Shown here piece by piece: positions 37,369 through 48,617 of a DNA stretch of 64,000 bases (the stretch's first letter is position 1; every line of letters starts with the position of its first letter). This DNA comes from Myxococcota bacterium (GTDB lineage Bacteria; Myxococcota_A; SURF-8): NCBI GenBank assembly GCA_963674735.2, contig CAXXQS010000001.1, positions 128,001 to 192,000 on the forward strand. Direction: 5' to 3'. The notes below the pieces were generated by a model. The model was not told the origin of the DNA. It ran no database searches and worked only from the letters and a program-made list of their open reading frames with translations. The translations under genes were made by a program, and so were the position numbers.

Positions 37369-38469
37369 TCAAATCAAAGTACACACGGCACGAGCCTTTA
37401 GAAATAGTTCAGTCGCGTTGGCGCCGGGACGGTCGTCTTTGAGACCGTAACCGCTGGCGCCGGCCTGGGTGAAGGCCAGCACATCGCCGACTTGGGTCTC
37501 GGGCAGGTGCGCGGCCAAGGCGAACGGCCTTGTGGGTTCGGCGTCCATTTCGATCAGGGTCACGGACGTTTTCGATGGGTCTTCCAGACGCGAGAGATTG
37601 ACCACCTCGTGGTCCGATCCGTAAAGCGACGGAGGAATGAAGGGCTGAAAGCCCGACTCGATTTCGATGAGCGGACCCTCTTTGTCTCTCGATACCCGTC
37701 GGACCCGCCCGAGCCATACACCCGCATCCGAAACCAGCAGGCGTCCCGGGGCGAGCCAGACCGTCCCCCCCGTATCGTCGCATAAAGCCTCAATCGTTTC
37801 GCCCAAGGCTTCCAGACCCGACTCGCTGTTGTCACCGTTGGCCAGCAGACCTCCCTGCGCGTCGATCAACACCACCGGTTGCGGCCAATCGGCGAGCAGA
37901 GGGCGGGCGCTCTCCCAGGCGTCCCGTAGCGCCGCCGCGTTTAGATCCGGGAGCCCAAGCGCGATGCCCAATGGGGGTGTGGTTGAAGAACGGCGTTCGA
38001 GCAGTTGCCGGGCGACGGCCTGGCGTTTATCCTCGCTTAAACGGGTGGGCCAGCGTAACAGGGCAGGGGAGGCCGTTTCCTCCGTGACGCCGAGGCTCGC
38101 GACGGTTCCGGCACAACGAAACGAGGCATTCAGGCTGTCCAGCGCGGAGGGCGTGTGCAAAAAGCGATCGGCGGGCAGATCGGGTTGAGCGGCCGCGACC
38201 GCCTGCCGGTCGGCGTCGCCCTCAAGCGCCAGATACAGTCCCAATTCCAAGCACTTGCGCAAGATGTCGGGATGCGGGTTGGCGGCGACCGAATGAAAGA
38301 GACGATCGGCTCGGGCCAGATTGAGCCAGTTGAAAAGCGACTCGTTGAGCTGTTCTTCGTTATAGATGAAGCAAGGCGAGTGAGCGTTCGCCCGTTCGAT
38401 CAAGTCTTGACGGCGCTTGTTCCACCAGGGGGCGTTTTGGATGTATGCGGGAGGAACTTTCAGGGACAT
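37369..38469 (-). CDS. Diaminopimelate decarboxylase-like protein, apparently catalytically inactive
   Basis: SPCFIY, SVAANP (vs AxKAN), PGRLLV..AGV, PSLYG..H, GD.L....AGA.G; ATG 38469 with GAGG RBS. Confidence 0.7.
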   Translation of the reverse strand: MSLKVPPAYIQNAPWWNKRRQDLIERANAHSPCFIYNEEQLNESLFNWLNLARADRLFHSVAANPHPDILRKCLELGLYLALEGDADRQAVAAAQPDLPADRFLHTPSALDSLNASFRCAGTVASLGVTEETASPALLRWPTRLSEDKRQAVARQLLERRSSTTPPLGIALGLPDLNAAALRDAWESARPLLADWPQPVVLIDAQGGLLANGDNSESGLEALGETIEALCDDTGGTVWLAPGRLLVSDAGVWLGRVRRVSRDKEGPLIEIESGFQPFIPPSLYGSDHEVVNLSRLEDPSKTSVTLIEMDAEPTRPFALAAHLPETQVGDVLAFTQAGASGYGLKDDRPGANATELFLKARAVCTLI

Positions 38470-38741
38470 CGGAACCTCACAGTCGAAATAGGTTGCATTC
38501 AAACCTTGCGCATTATGGTCCCGCAGGCGTATAAGGTCAAGATGCGGGCCGGATTATGCGGCAGGAATAATTCCTTGCCAAATGGACTCCTTCATGTAGA
38601 ATATAAGATGTTAAGAATCTTTTAGGATACTTTCGTGAGCGACACATCCTTCGAATCACAACCCGAACCCGAGCCTCCGGGGCGGGTTAGACCGCGAATT
38701 CAATCCCATCATATTGACCGTATAGGGGAGCGTACACCATC

Positions 38742-40106
38742 ATGACGGATGGAGACTATCCGAGTTTGCTCATTTTGGGCGGGCTCCTGCTTGTTTCGGC
38801 CTTCTTTTCCGGATCGGAAACCGCCATTATCGGCAGCAGCCGGGTGGCCTTGACCACATTGGCTGAGAAGGGCCATGGAGCTGCGCGTATCGCATTGAAA
38901 ATGCTGGATAATCCAAGCAGCTTGCTCGGCACGATTCTGGTCGGCAACAACCTGGTTAACGTGGCCGCGGCCGCCATCGGGGCCGCGATTCTGGGCCCGT
39001 TTTGGGCGACGATCATCATCACGTTGCTTCTGCTGTTGATCGGCGAGGTTCCCCCGAAGACCGTGGCCGCCCAATGGCCCGAACGGGTGACGCTGATCGT
39101 GTCTTATCCGATCTGGATCATTAAGATCATCCTGACTCCACTTGTTTGGATGGTCAGTACGCTGACCGATCTGATGTTGTTGCCGTTCTTGCGGCGCATG
39201 GGACCGGCCAAGGAATTTTACAGCCGCGACGAGATTCGCACGGCCTTGGATCAGAGTCATCTCGGGGGAGAGCTGGAGCCCGGCGAGGCGCAGATGGTGC
39301 AGGAAATTCTGGATCTACCGAAAATGAAGATCCACGAAATCATGATTCCGGCGCATGAAGCGGCCACCATCGAAACCGATTGGTCCATGGATCAACTTCT
39401 CGAACAAATCCGGCGCAGCCGCTTTTCACGCTATCCGGTCTACCGCCCTCATAGTCATCGGCTCGACGGTATGCTGCATATCAAAGATTTGCTATTGGGC
39501 GAACCCGACCGCCGCTGGCAGAGCTACATCCGTACCATGCCGCGACGCAGCCGAGATATGGATGCCGACGACCTGTTGCGCGACATGCAGATTGCCCGTT
39601 ACCACATGGCCGCCGTTACCGGCGATAACGAGCGGGTGGTCGGCTATGTGACCATGGAGCGGATTCTGGAGGAAATCGTGGGCGAAATCGCCGACGAGCA
39701 CGACCGCGAGATCGATCCGGTCCGCACGCTGGCCGCCGGGATTTATCTGATTCGGCGTGACCTCGAAGTGGCTGATGTTTCACGTATTCTTAATGTCGAT
39801 ATCCCCTGTGACGATCCCGATAATACGATATTCGAGCTGTATCGCAAACTGGGAGGCGGGCGACCCGCCTCGGCGGTGCGTCTGGAACAGATTCTTTTAC
39901 GTCCCGGTAAGCAGGGAATGGTGATTCAGCTTTTCGAGGAACCCGAACTCGACGAATCTCCCCCCAACCAAACCGCTGGAAACGAATCGTCTCCGAGCTC
40001 GGATGAAGGGTCGGTGAACGGCGGAGGATCGAACGGACGGCGAGAGAAGCTGATCCCGAAGCACGGGGAGCGCTTTGCCTTTTTCAGCCACGAACGCTAC
40101 CTATAA
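38742..40106 (+). CDS. Hemolysin-family CNNM/CBS/CorC protein
   Basis: SAFFSGSETA, TILVGNNLVN, GEVPPK, SRYPVY, ILEEIVGEIADEHD. Confidence 0.92.
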   Translation: MTDGDYPSLLILGGLLLVSAFFSGSETAIIGSSRVALTTLAEKGHGAARIALKMLDNPSSLLGTILVGNNLVNVAAAAIGAAILGPFWATIIITLLLLLIGEVPPKTVAAQWPERVTLIVSYPIWIIKIILTPLVWMVSTLTDLMLLPFLRRMGPAKEFYSRDEIRTALDQSHLGGELEPGEAQMVQEILDLPKMKIHEIMIPAHEAATIETDWSMDQLLEQIRRSRFSRYPVYRPHSHRLDGMLHIKDLLLGEPDRRWQSYIRTMPRRSRDMDADDLLRDMQIARYHMAAVTGDNERVVGYVTMERILEEIVGEIADEHDREIDPVRTLAAGIYLIRRDLEVADVSRILNVDIPCDDPDNTIFELYRKLGGGRPASAVRLEQILLRPGKQGMVIQLFEEPELDESPPNQTAGNESSPSSDEGSVNGGGSNGRREKLIPKHGERFAFFSHERYL

Positions 40107-40393
40107 ACCTCTTCGATCTGCCTTTTATTGTCGGCATTTCCGCATCGTCGTGTGGGCAAATCGCGTTTTACTCTCTCGTTTTTGTCGTTAACGGCCGCGA
40201 AAACGCGCCATAAATCTGAAAAAGACGAAAAAATAGGCACATTCTGTGGAATGTCACGGCTGGTTTGATCGCTCAAACCAATGAAAGCCGAATCTTGTCG
40301 CTTTTTTATCAAGATGTTTTGCCGATTTGCCGAATAGATGAGTAAGGTAATTGATGATAACGGATTACATGGCATGAGGGAGTTTCAGTTTCA

Positions 40394-41203
40394 ATGGATA
40401 TGAAGCTTTTTGACAAATTCCGTGCCATCGCTTACGAGAAGGCCGGGATCGACATCAAGGATGGGAAAGAAGCGCTGGTTTCAGCCCGTGTGGCCAAACG
40501 CCAGCGTGCGCTCGGCATTCCCTCGACGGCGGATTACCTCCATCTTCTGGAAACGGAAACGTCGGGAGAAGAACTCATTCATTTCCTGGATGCCATCAGC
40601 ACCAACTTCACCAGTTTTTTTCGTGAACCCGACCACTTCGAGATTTTGGGAAAGTTGTTGCGTAAGTGGTTCGATGAGGGAAAAAATCGGGTTCGTATCT
40701 GGTGTGCGGCTTCGTCCAGCGGTGAAGAGCCATATACGCTTGCCATCACGGCTTTAGAGGCGTTGGAAGGCCGTAAAGCGGATGTGCGTATTCTGGCGAC
40801 GGATATTTCAACGAAAATTCTCCAAATGGCCGTAGCCGGCGAATACGCTGAAGATCGCATTCGTCCCATCGATTCATCCAAACGAAATCGGTATTTTACG
40901 AAGTCGGGAACGGGAGCGAATGCGCTTTACACCGTCCGGCCTGAAGTCAAGGAATTACTGGTGTTCAAGCGGCTGAACCTGTCCACGCCGCCCTTTCCCA
41001 TGAAGGGTCCGCTGGACGTGGTTTTTTGCCGAAATGTGATGATTTATTTCGATAAACGTGTGCGTCAGAATTTGACAACCGAAGTGCAGCGCCTGCTCAA
41101 ACCCGGGGGACTGTTCATTATCGGGCATACCGAAACGCTGACAGGATTGAGCTCGACGTTCAAAACCACGAAGCCTTCGGTCTATTTCAAACCATCTGTC
41201 TGA
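40394..41203 (+). CDS. cheR: Chemotaxis methyltransferase CheR
   Basis: TN.TSFFRE..HF, WCAASSSGEEPYTLA, ATDIS, FCRNVMIYFD. Confidence 0.95.
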   Translation: MDMKLFDKFRAIAYEKAGIDIKDGKEALVSARVAKRQRALGIPSTADYLHLLETETSGEELIHFLDAISTNFTSFFREPDHFEILGKLLRKWFDEGKNRVRIWCAASSSGEEPYTLAITALEALEGRKADVRILATDISTKILQMAVAGEYAEDRIRPIDSSKRNRYFTKSGTGANALYTVRPEVKELLVFKRLNLSTPPFPMKGPLDVVFCRNVMIYFDKRVRQNLTTEVQRLLKPGGLFIIGHTETLTGLSSTFKTTKPSVYFKPSV

Positions 41204-41284
41204 CGTGCATGAATGCAACACTGAGAGGCTGCGCCCGTGTATGAGCGACAACCGGAATACAAGCCTATCGCTAAGGACACCAAA

Positions 41285-41764
41285 ATGAACCAGCTCGTGG
41301 TGGACATTTCGGATATCAAAACAAGCAACGACCCGGAGAGTTTGATCGTAACGTATGCCCTTGGCTCGTGTATTGCCATTATTCTTTACGATCCAACGCT
41401 GAAAGTGGGGGGCATGATTCATTACATGCTTCCGCTCTCTTCCACGGCGCCGGACAAAGCCAAAGAGCGTCCGGCGATGTTTGCCGACACGGGTATCCCC
41501 ATCCTGTTCAAAGAAATGTACAAACTCGGCTGCAAGAAAGAGAACATCATCGTCAAGGTCGCTGGCGGAGGCAAGCTTTACGACGATCATGGCACCTTCG
41601 ACATCGGCCGCCGCAACTACACGATTTTGAGAAAGATACTTTGGAAAAACAACGTGATGATCAAAAATGAGGATGTTGGTGGAGCCAAGTCGCGAACGGC
41701 CCGTTTATATATCGATACCGGTCGTGTCACCATCAGTTCCAAAGGTGTAGAGGAAGAATTATGA
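41285..41764 (+). CDS. cheD: Chemoreceptor glutamine deamidase CheD
   Basis: ALGSC, GGMIH.MLP, FADT, K.AGG, IG.RN, EDVGG..SRT; ATG 41285 (GTG 41237 alternative). Confidence 0.92.
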   Translation: MNQLVVDISDIKTSNDPESLIVTYALGSCIAIILYDPTLKVGGMIHYMLPLSSTAPDKAKERPAMFADTGIPILFKEMYKLGCKKENIIVKVAGGGKLYDDHGTFDIGRRNYTILRKILWKNNVMIKNEDVGGAKSRTARLYIDTGRVTISSKGVEEEL

Positions 41765-42624
41765 TCGATCAAGCACGTATCATCAGCAGCATTGATTCTT
41801 TGCCCTCGCTGTCTGCCACTGTGCTGCGTCTTTCGAAGCTTGTCAAAGACGAACACAGCGATGCAGGGGATGTGGAAGAGGCTGTCAGGCTTGATCCGGC
41901 CATCACGGCCAACCTGCTGCGAGTGGCCAATTCCTCGTTCTTCGGAGCGACCAAGCAGATTACGTCCGCTCGCCATGCCATCACCCTGATCGGTCTCAAA
42001 CGGGTTTTCGAAGCCTCGGTGGGGGCTTCCATGGTGCGGATCATCCCCGAGCGTATTCCCGGCTACGAAATGGATAGCGCCAGTTACTGGAAACACTGTG
42101 TGGCGGTGGCGGTTTTAGCCGAACGTATCGCCGAGATCGTCAATGTGGTTCCGCCTGATTTGCTTTTTACAGCTGGATTGCTGCATGATATCGGTAAGCT
42201 GGCCATTGGGCAGTTTCTTGATGAGGAGCACGTGAAGGTTACCGAGAGCCTGAAAGAAGGAAATTCCGATTTCATTTCGGTTGAATTCGATGCTTTGGGC
42301 GTGCAACATGCCGATATCGGAGCCGAAATCGCCAAGCGCTGGAATTTTCCCGATGCCATCATCTGGGCGATCCGGTGGCACCACAGCCCCAGTCAGTTGC
42401 CTGCTGATGTGGATCCGCTGCCGGTGTGTCTGGTACACGCCGCCGACGGTCTCGCCCATATGCTGGGCTTCGGTTTCGATAAGGGAGAATTGGCGCGCGC
42501 GATCGACCCCAAGGCGATCGAACAGTTGGGCTTGAAAACCGCCGACATCGAAAAAGCAGCCAGTGCTGCTCTTGACGAGATAACGGACATGGGAGACTTA
42601 TTCAATTCCGGAGAACAGGAATGA
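41761..42624 (+). CDS. HDOD domain protein
   Basis: LPSL, DPAITANLLRVANS, AGLLHDIGK, HA.IG..IA..W.FP, HH.P. Confidence 0.92.
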   Translation: MIDQARIISSIDSLPSLSATVLRLSKLVKDEHSDAGDVEEAVRLDPAITANLLRVANSSFFGATKQITSARHAITLIGLKRVFEASVGASMVRIIPERIPGYEMDSASYWKHCVAVAVLAERIAEIVNVVPPDLLFTAGLLHDIGKLAIGQFLDEEHVKVTESLKEGNSDFISVEFDALGVQHADIGAEIAKRWNFPDAIIWAIRWHHSPSQLPADVDPLPVCLVHAADGLAHMLGFGFDKGELARAIDPKAIEQLGLKTADIEKAASAALDEITDMGDLFNSGEQE

Positions 42625-43058
42625 GTTACAATATCCTGGTAGTCGATGATTCCGCCATCATCCGCTCGGTGCTCAAAAAAACCATTGCCATGTCGGGCCT
42701 CGATGTCGGTGATGTGTTTGAAGGCTCCAACGGTCTTGAGGCCTTGGAAGTGTTGAGCAAAGAATGGATCGACATTGTGTTTGCCGATCTTAACATGCCC
42801 GAGATGAGCGGCATGGAGTTGGTGGCGAAGATGAGTGAGGACAACCTGTTGGTTTCGATTCCGGTTGTCATTGTCTCGTCGGAGCGCAATGAATCGAAAA
42901 TCGAGGAACTCAAACGACGGGGTATTCGGGCTTTCATCAAGAAGCCTTTTCGCCCCGAAAATTTCCGCGATGTGGTGACGGATGTGATGAGTGCCATGGG
43001 CGAAGAACCCATCGAGCCCAAAGGAGAAGATCCCAATGATAGCGGACTTGACTTCTGA
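42621..43058 (+). CDS. CheY-like response regulator
   Basis: ILVVDDS, DLNMPEMSG, SS, KPF. Confidence 0.9.
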   Translation: MSYNILVVDDSAIIRSVLKKTIAMSGLDVGDVFEGSNGLEALEVLSKEWIDIVFADLNMPEMSGMELVAKMSEDNLLVSIPVVIVSSERNESKIEELKRRGIRAFIKKPFRPENFRDVVTDVMSAMGEEPIEPKGEDPNDSGLDF

Positions 43059-43505
43059 AATTTTGGCCGAGGTCGCCGGACAAACGTTGGAAGAGGCGGC
43101 TTTTGTGTTCGCCGAGCCTGAAGATATGCCGCAGCCATGGGCGAGCGACATCGTGGTGACCGAACTGGAATTTTCTCGTCCGGACGAAAGCGGAAAGCTG
43201 ATTCTGGCCGTTTCGATCAACTTTGCCAGTGAAGTCTCGGCGAACCTGTTGGGAATCGATGCCGAAGATGAAGAAGCGGCGATTGGAGCGGTGGGCGCCA
43301 TCAAGGAAATTCTCAATATCGTCGGGGGCGTCGCCATGGAGCGTTTCTATGGCAAGGATGCCGCCCAGATCGGAATCCCCGAAGCGGAAACCATGGATGA
43401 CGCTCGCTATGCGGGTCTCCTTGAACAGGCGGTCTGCAAGATTCATCTTCTAGCCGACATGGAACACCGGCTTGATTTCCTGGTCATCATCAACGAAAAC
43501 GGCTG

Positions 43506-43506
<1 letters not shown>
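43036..43506 (+). CDS. CheX-like phosphatase
   Basis: NLLG, 'AIKEILNIVGG' E-x2-N motif, IGIP; ATG 43036 with AAGGAG RBS. Confidence 0.75.
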
Positions 43507-45102
<1,596 letters not shown>

Positions 45103-45268
45103 CACGGCTATTTTTCTCTTTTCCGACTATCCTCGATAAAATATCCGGCGGGGCTTGCATTCCTCCACGCCTGCGCTAAAATGCGTGTGGCGCCGCCGCC
45201 ACCCATCCCGTACTACTCATATTCCGGGGACGACGCCGGTCGAACCATCCTTGCACGCGGAGGTGATG

Positions 45269-46573
45269 ATGACCGAGAAACGACAATCTTGGGCGGATTT
45301 ATGGCGAAAAGAAGATTGGTGGGCGATCTGGTTTGCGGCGATTCTTACCATCGCGGTTGGAATCGGCGTGGTCGGCTTGGTGCCGAAGGTCGGCAAGTGG
45401 ACGGCCAACCCGCTCGACGGTATTCCGGGGGAGCTTGTCTTACCGCTTGTGCTGATGTTTGTTGGAATCGGCGGCCTGACCACCTTGGGCATGGCGGCTA
45501 TGAAGGAAGATTGGAAACGCTACATCGGCGGCTACACGGTGGTGTTTATCATCGCGATTCTAGCGAACCTGGCCGGGCGGCAGACCGCCATGCACTATTG
45601 GGGTGTCGGCTACGCCATCTGGGCGCTTTTCTTCGGACTGCTGATCAGTAACACCATCGGTACGCCTCAATGGCTGCTGAAAGGCGCGCGCTCCGAGATG
45701 TTCATCAAGACCGGCCTTGTGTTGCTGGGATCGGAGATCTTGTTTTCCAAGATTCTCAAACTCGGGGGCCCCGGCCTGATGGTGGCCTGGATCGTCACCC
45801 CGACGGTCATTATCTTCATGTGGTTTTTCGGCACCCGCGTGATGAAAATGTCGTCGAAGAAACTGACGATCATTATCGCGGCCGCGACCAGCGTCTGCGG
45901 TGTTTCGGCGGCCATCGCCACCGCCGCCGCCTGTCGCGCCAAGAAGGAAGAGTTGACCTTGGCGGTGGGCATGACGATGATCTTTACCGTGCTGATGATG
46001 ATCGGGATGCCTGCCTTGGCCAAATTCATCGGCCTGACTCCGGCCGTGGGTGGAGCCTGGTTGGGCGGGACCATCGATTCCACCGGTGCGGTGGTGGCTT
46101 CCGGGGCGCTTTTAGGCGAGAACGCCGAGAAGGTCGCCGCCGTGGTGAAGATGATTCAGAACGTCCTGATCGGCTTTGTGGCCTTTGTGGTGGCGGTTTT
46201 GTGGGTGACGCGCATCGACCAGGATGGCGACAAGGAACGCTCGGTGGGTCCGATGGAGATCTGGTACCGTTTCCCGAAATTCATCCTGGGCTTTCTGGCG
46301 GCTTCGTTGATCTTCAGCTTCATCCTGATGCCGACTCTCGGTTCGGACGGCGTCTCCGATATCCTCAACCTGACGAAATCCTTTCGCGGCTGGTTTTTCG
46401 CCCTGGCTTTCGTGAGCATCGGGCTTGAATCCAATTTCAAGGAACTGGCCGGGCAGATGGTGGGTGGCAAGCCGATCATTTTGTATGTCATCGGGCAGAG
46501 CTTCAACATCATCCTGACCTTGTTTGTGGCCTGGCTGGCCTTCGGCGGCGTACTGTTCGATAAGGTGTTTTAA
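45269..46573 (+). CDS. YeiH / putative sulfate exporter (UPF0324) family transporter
   Basis: IKTGLVLLG, SVCGVSAAIA, GGTIDSTG.V, KMIQN, FPKF.LGF, FVSIGLE. Confidence 0.88.
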   Translation: MTEKRQSWADLWRKEDWWAIWFAAILTIAVGIGVVGLVPKVGKWTANPLDGIPGELVLPLVLMFVGIGGLTTLGMAAMKEDWKRYIGGYTVVFIIAILANLAGRQTAMHYWGVGYAIWALFFGLLISNTIGTPQWLLKGARSEMFIKTGLVLLGSEILFSKILKLGGPGLMVAWIVTPTVIIFMWFFGTRVMKMSSKKLTIIIAAATSVCGVSAAIATAAACRAKKEELTLAVGMTMIFTVLMMIGMPALAKFIGLTPAVGGAWLGGTIDSTGAVVASGALLGENAEKVAAVVKMIQNVLIGFVAFVVAVLWVTRIDQDGDKERSVGPMEIWYRFPKFILGFLAASLIFSFILMPTLGSDGVSDILNLTKSFRGWFFALAFVSIGLESNFKELAGQMVGGKPIILYVIGQSFNIILTLFVAWLAFGGVLFDKVF

Positions 46574-46842
46574 TGGCGACGGCAGACAAACCAAGCATTT
46601 TGCAAAGATGGTTGAGCCTGTTGGCCATCCTGACCGTGACCGCTTTATTGGTGGCGGCGGCCAGCTGGGTCAGTCCGCGCTTGCCGGGAGCGGCGGGGGC
46701 GGTGTATCGTCATAATGTGGAACAGGATATCGAGGCGACGGCGCTTTTGTATTCGGAAGCCTGCGATATCCGCGAATACCTCGACCGCGAGCAAGGGCGT
46801 TACGGCTTGGACTTGTCCGAATCGGATAAAGCCGGTCGGTAA
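46573..46842 (+). CDS. Small membrane protein coupled to YeiH
   Basis: TAATG overlap; one TM segment; 'DIEATAL.YSE' motif. Confidence 0.6.
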   Translation: MATADKPSILQRWLSLLAILTVTALLVAAASWVSPRLPGAAGAVYRHNVEQDIEATALLYSEACDIREYLDREQGRYGLDLSESDKAGR

Positions 46843-46889
46843 ATAGACGGCGGTTGCATTCATAGGCTCAACATCGGTGGAGTGCCTCT

Positions 46890-48530
46890 ATGGCGTCTGC
46901 GGCGATCCGAATGACCGTTCTGGTGTGGTTTCTGTCTGCGCTGCTTATCGCGCCGCTTCGGGCCGACGAGGCGGTGCAACAAGATTCAAACCATTTCCGG
47001 GTGATCGGTCCGGGGCAGGAGGCGTTCGTCGAACGTTTGTTCGCCCCTTACTCGCTCGATGGCGACTTGCCCGGAGATTATCGCTTTGCCAAGCTATCCA
47101 TCGAGGCGCGGCGAGTGACGGTCGTCGTTGAACGCGCGGGCCGCCAAGCCGAACTCATTCTCGAACCCGCCTCGGATCAACCGGCGTGGAAGAAAAGCTC
47201 TCAATTCAATCTGAGCCGATCCGGTTCGTCGGATGCCCTGGATGCTCTGACGGCACTGGCGGAAGCCGCTATCCGCAACGGGGTGTCTCCCTGGGATGAG
47301 CGTGGCTTCGACGCCACCGTCCCGATGATCTTCGGTGAAACGGATTTTCATACTCTCGATCTACGGCGGACCCTGAAGTTTGGCGAGCGGACGGCAAACG
47401 GTATCGGTGCCATGTATCTGGGCCTTTTAGTGCTTGTTCTGATCGGGAGCCTGCTTTATTGCAAGCGTAACGGTCGGTCGGGATGGGTCAACGGGCTGCT
47501 GGTGGCCGTTAGTGTGCTGATTGTGCTGTGGATCGCGGAAACCGTGCTGGTGGTGTCGGGAGAAAGCTGGCGATTGCCTGTGCATGTGATGGATGACTGC
47601 TATCCGACCAACCCTCGCGGGTATTTCAAGGAAGCGTTTTTCGACCCCAGCCGCGAGATGGTGATGTATTGCGCCGGGGGGCAGAATGAAATCATGCGGA
47701 GCTGCGAGCGTGAAACGGCCAAGCAAGCCCCGCATGACTGGCGCATTCTGGCCCTGGGTGATTCCTTTACCGCCGGTATCGGGGTGAAGGCGCAGGATAC
47801 GTGGCCGAATCGTTTGACGGGTATGTTGAACCAAATGCCGGAACGGAAGCAAGCGGCCCGGGCTGTCAATTGCGGAATCCCGGCCGCCAATCTGGATACC
47901 GTCATTAAGCGTTATCGCAAGTATGGCGAACGGCATCGGTCTCATGTGGTCGTGTATGCAATTGTGCTCAATGACTTTCTAGCGGCCGCCGGTTCCCGTT
48001 TTTTCACCGCCTCGCAGATCTCTTTTCAGTGGCAATCCGGGTTTGGGTATGTCGAGCAAGTTCTTCAACACCCGTCCTTCGGCTTTCTGGTGCGAAACCT
48101 GGCTCTGGTGCATTTCGCGGTCGAACGTCTGCAACGCAAACGCCTGGCATCGGCCACCGAGCGTTTCTACCGCGATTTGTACGCCGATCCGCCGTCGAAG
48201 AAGCTAAGCGAGTTGTTGGACAGAACCGCCGGACTGGCCGCTACGGTGGAAGGCGACGGCGCACATTTCATGGCCGCGATCTTCCCGCTGTTCTACGAAT
48301 TGGATGACTATCCCCTGCGGGCTGCCCATGTTTTATTGAAACGCGAGTTGACGGCGCGTGGAATCGAGGTCTTGGACTTGCTGGATACCTATGAGGGGAT
48401 GGAGGCCGCCGAAATACAGGTGCATCCCACCGACTATCACCCCAACGATGTTGCCCAGCTTCTGGCGGCCCAAGCTATCGCCGAACGACTCACCAAGCTG
48501 GGATGGGCCGATGGCGAGGCGCACAAGTGA
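46890..48530 (+). CDS. Membrane-anchored SGNH/GDSL hydrolase-like protein
   Basis: Signal peptide, two TM segments, LGDSFT.G, LND, DYHPN. Confidence 0.8.
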   Translation: MASAAIRMTVLVWFLSALLIAPLRADEAVQQDSNHFRVIGPGQEAFVERLFAPYSLDGDLPGDYRFAKLSIEARRVTVVVERAGRQAELILEPASDQPAWKKSSQFNLSRSGSSDALDALTALAEAAIRNGVSPWDERGFDATVPMIFGETDFHTLDLRRTLKFGERTANGIGAMYLGLLVLVLIGSLLYCKRNGRSGWVNGLLVAVSVLIVLWIAETVLVVSGESWRLPVHVMDDCYPTNPRGYFKEAFFDPSREMVMYCAGGQNEIMRSCERETAKQAPHDWRILALGDSFTAGIGVKAQDTWPNRLTGMLNQMPERKQAARAVNCGIPAANLDTVIKRYRKYGERHRSHVVVYAIVLNDFLAAAGSRFFTASQISFQWQSGFGYVEQVLQHPSFGFLVRNLALVHFAVERLQRKRLASATERFYRDLYADPPSKKLSELLDRTAGLAATVEGDGAHFMAAIFPLFYELDDYPLRAAHVLLKRELTARGIEVLDLLDTYEGMEAAEIQVHPTDYHPNDVAQLLAAQAIAERLTKLGWADGEAHK

Positions 48531-48534
48531 CGCC

Positions 48535-48596
48535 GTTTCATGGCGATGCGTTTCAATTATGAAACCATGTTTCATTTCTCCTTGCAATATTGAAAC
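48535..48596. promoter_or_regulatory. Clustered GTTTCA-N4-TGAAAC inverted repeats (operator / enhancer candidate)
   Basis: Perfect site 48550-48565, degenerate site 48581-48596, extra GTTTCA half-sites at 48535 and 48569. Confidence 0.6.
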
Positions 48597-48617
48597 ATTC
48601 GGCCTAGACTTCTCTCC

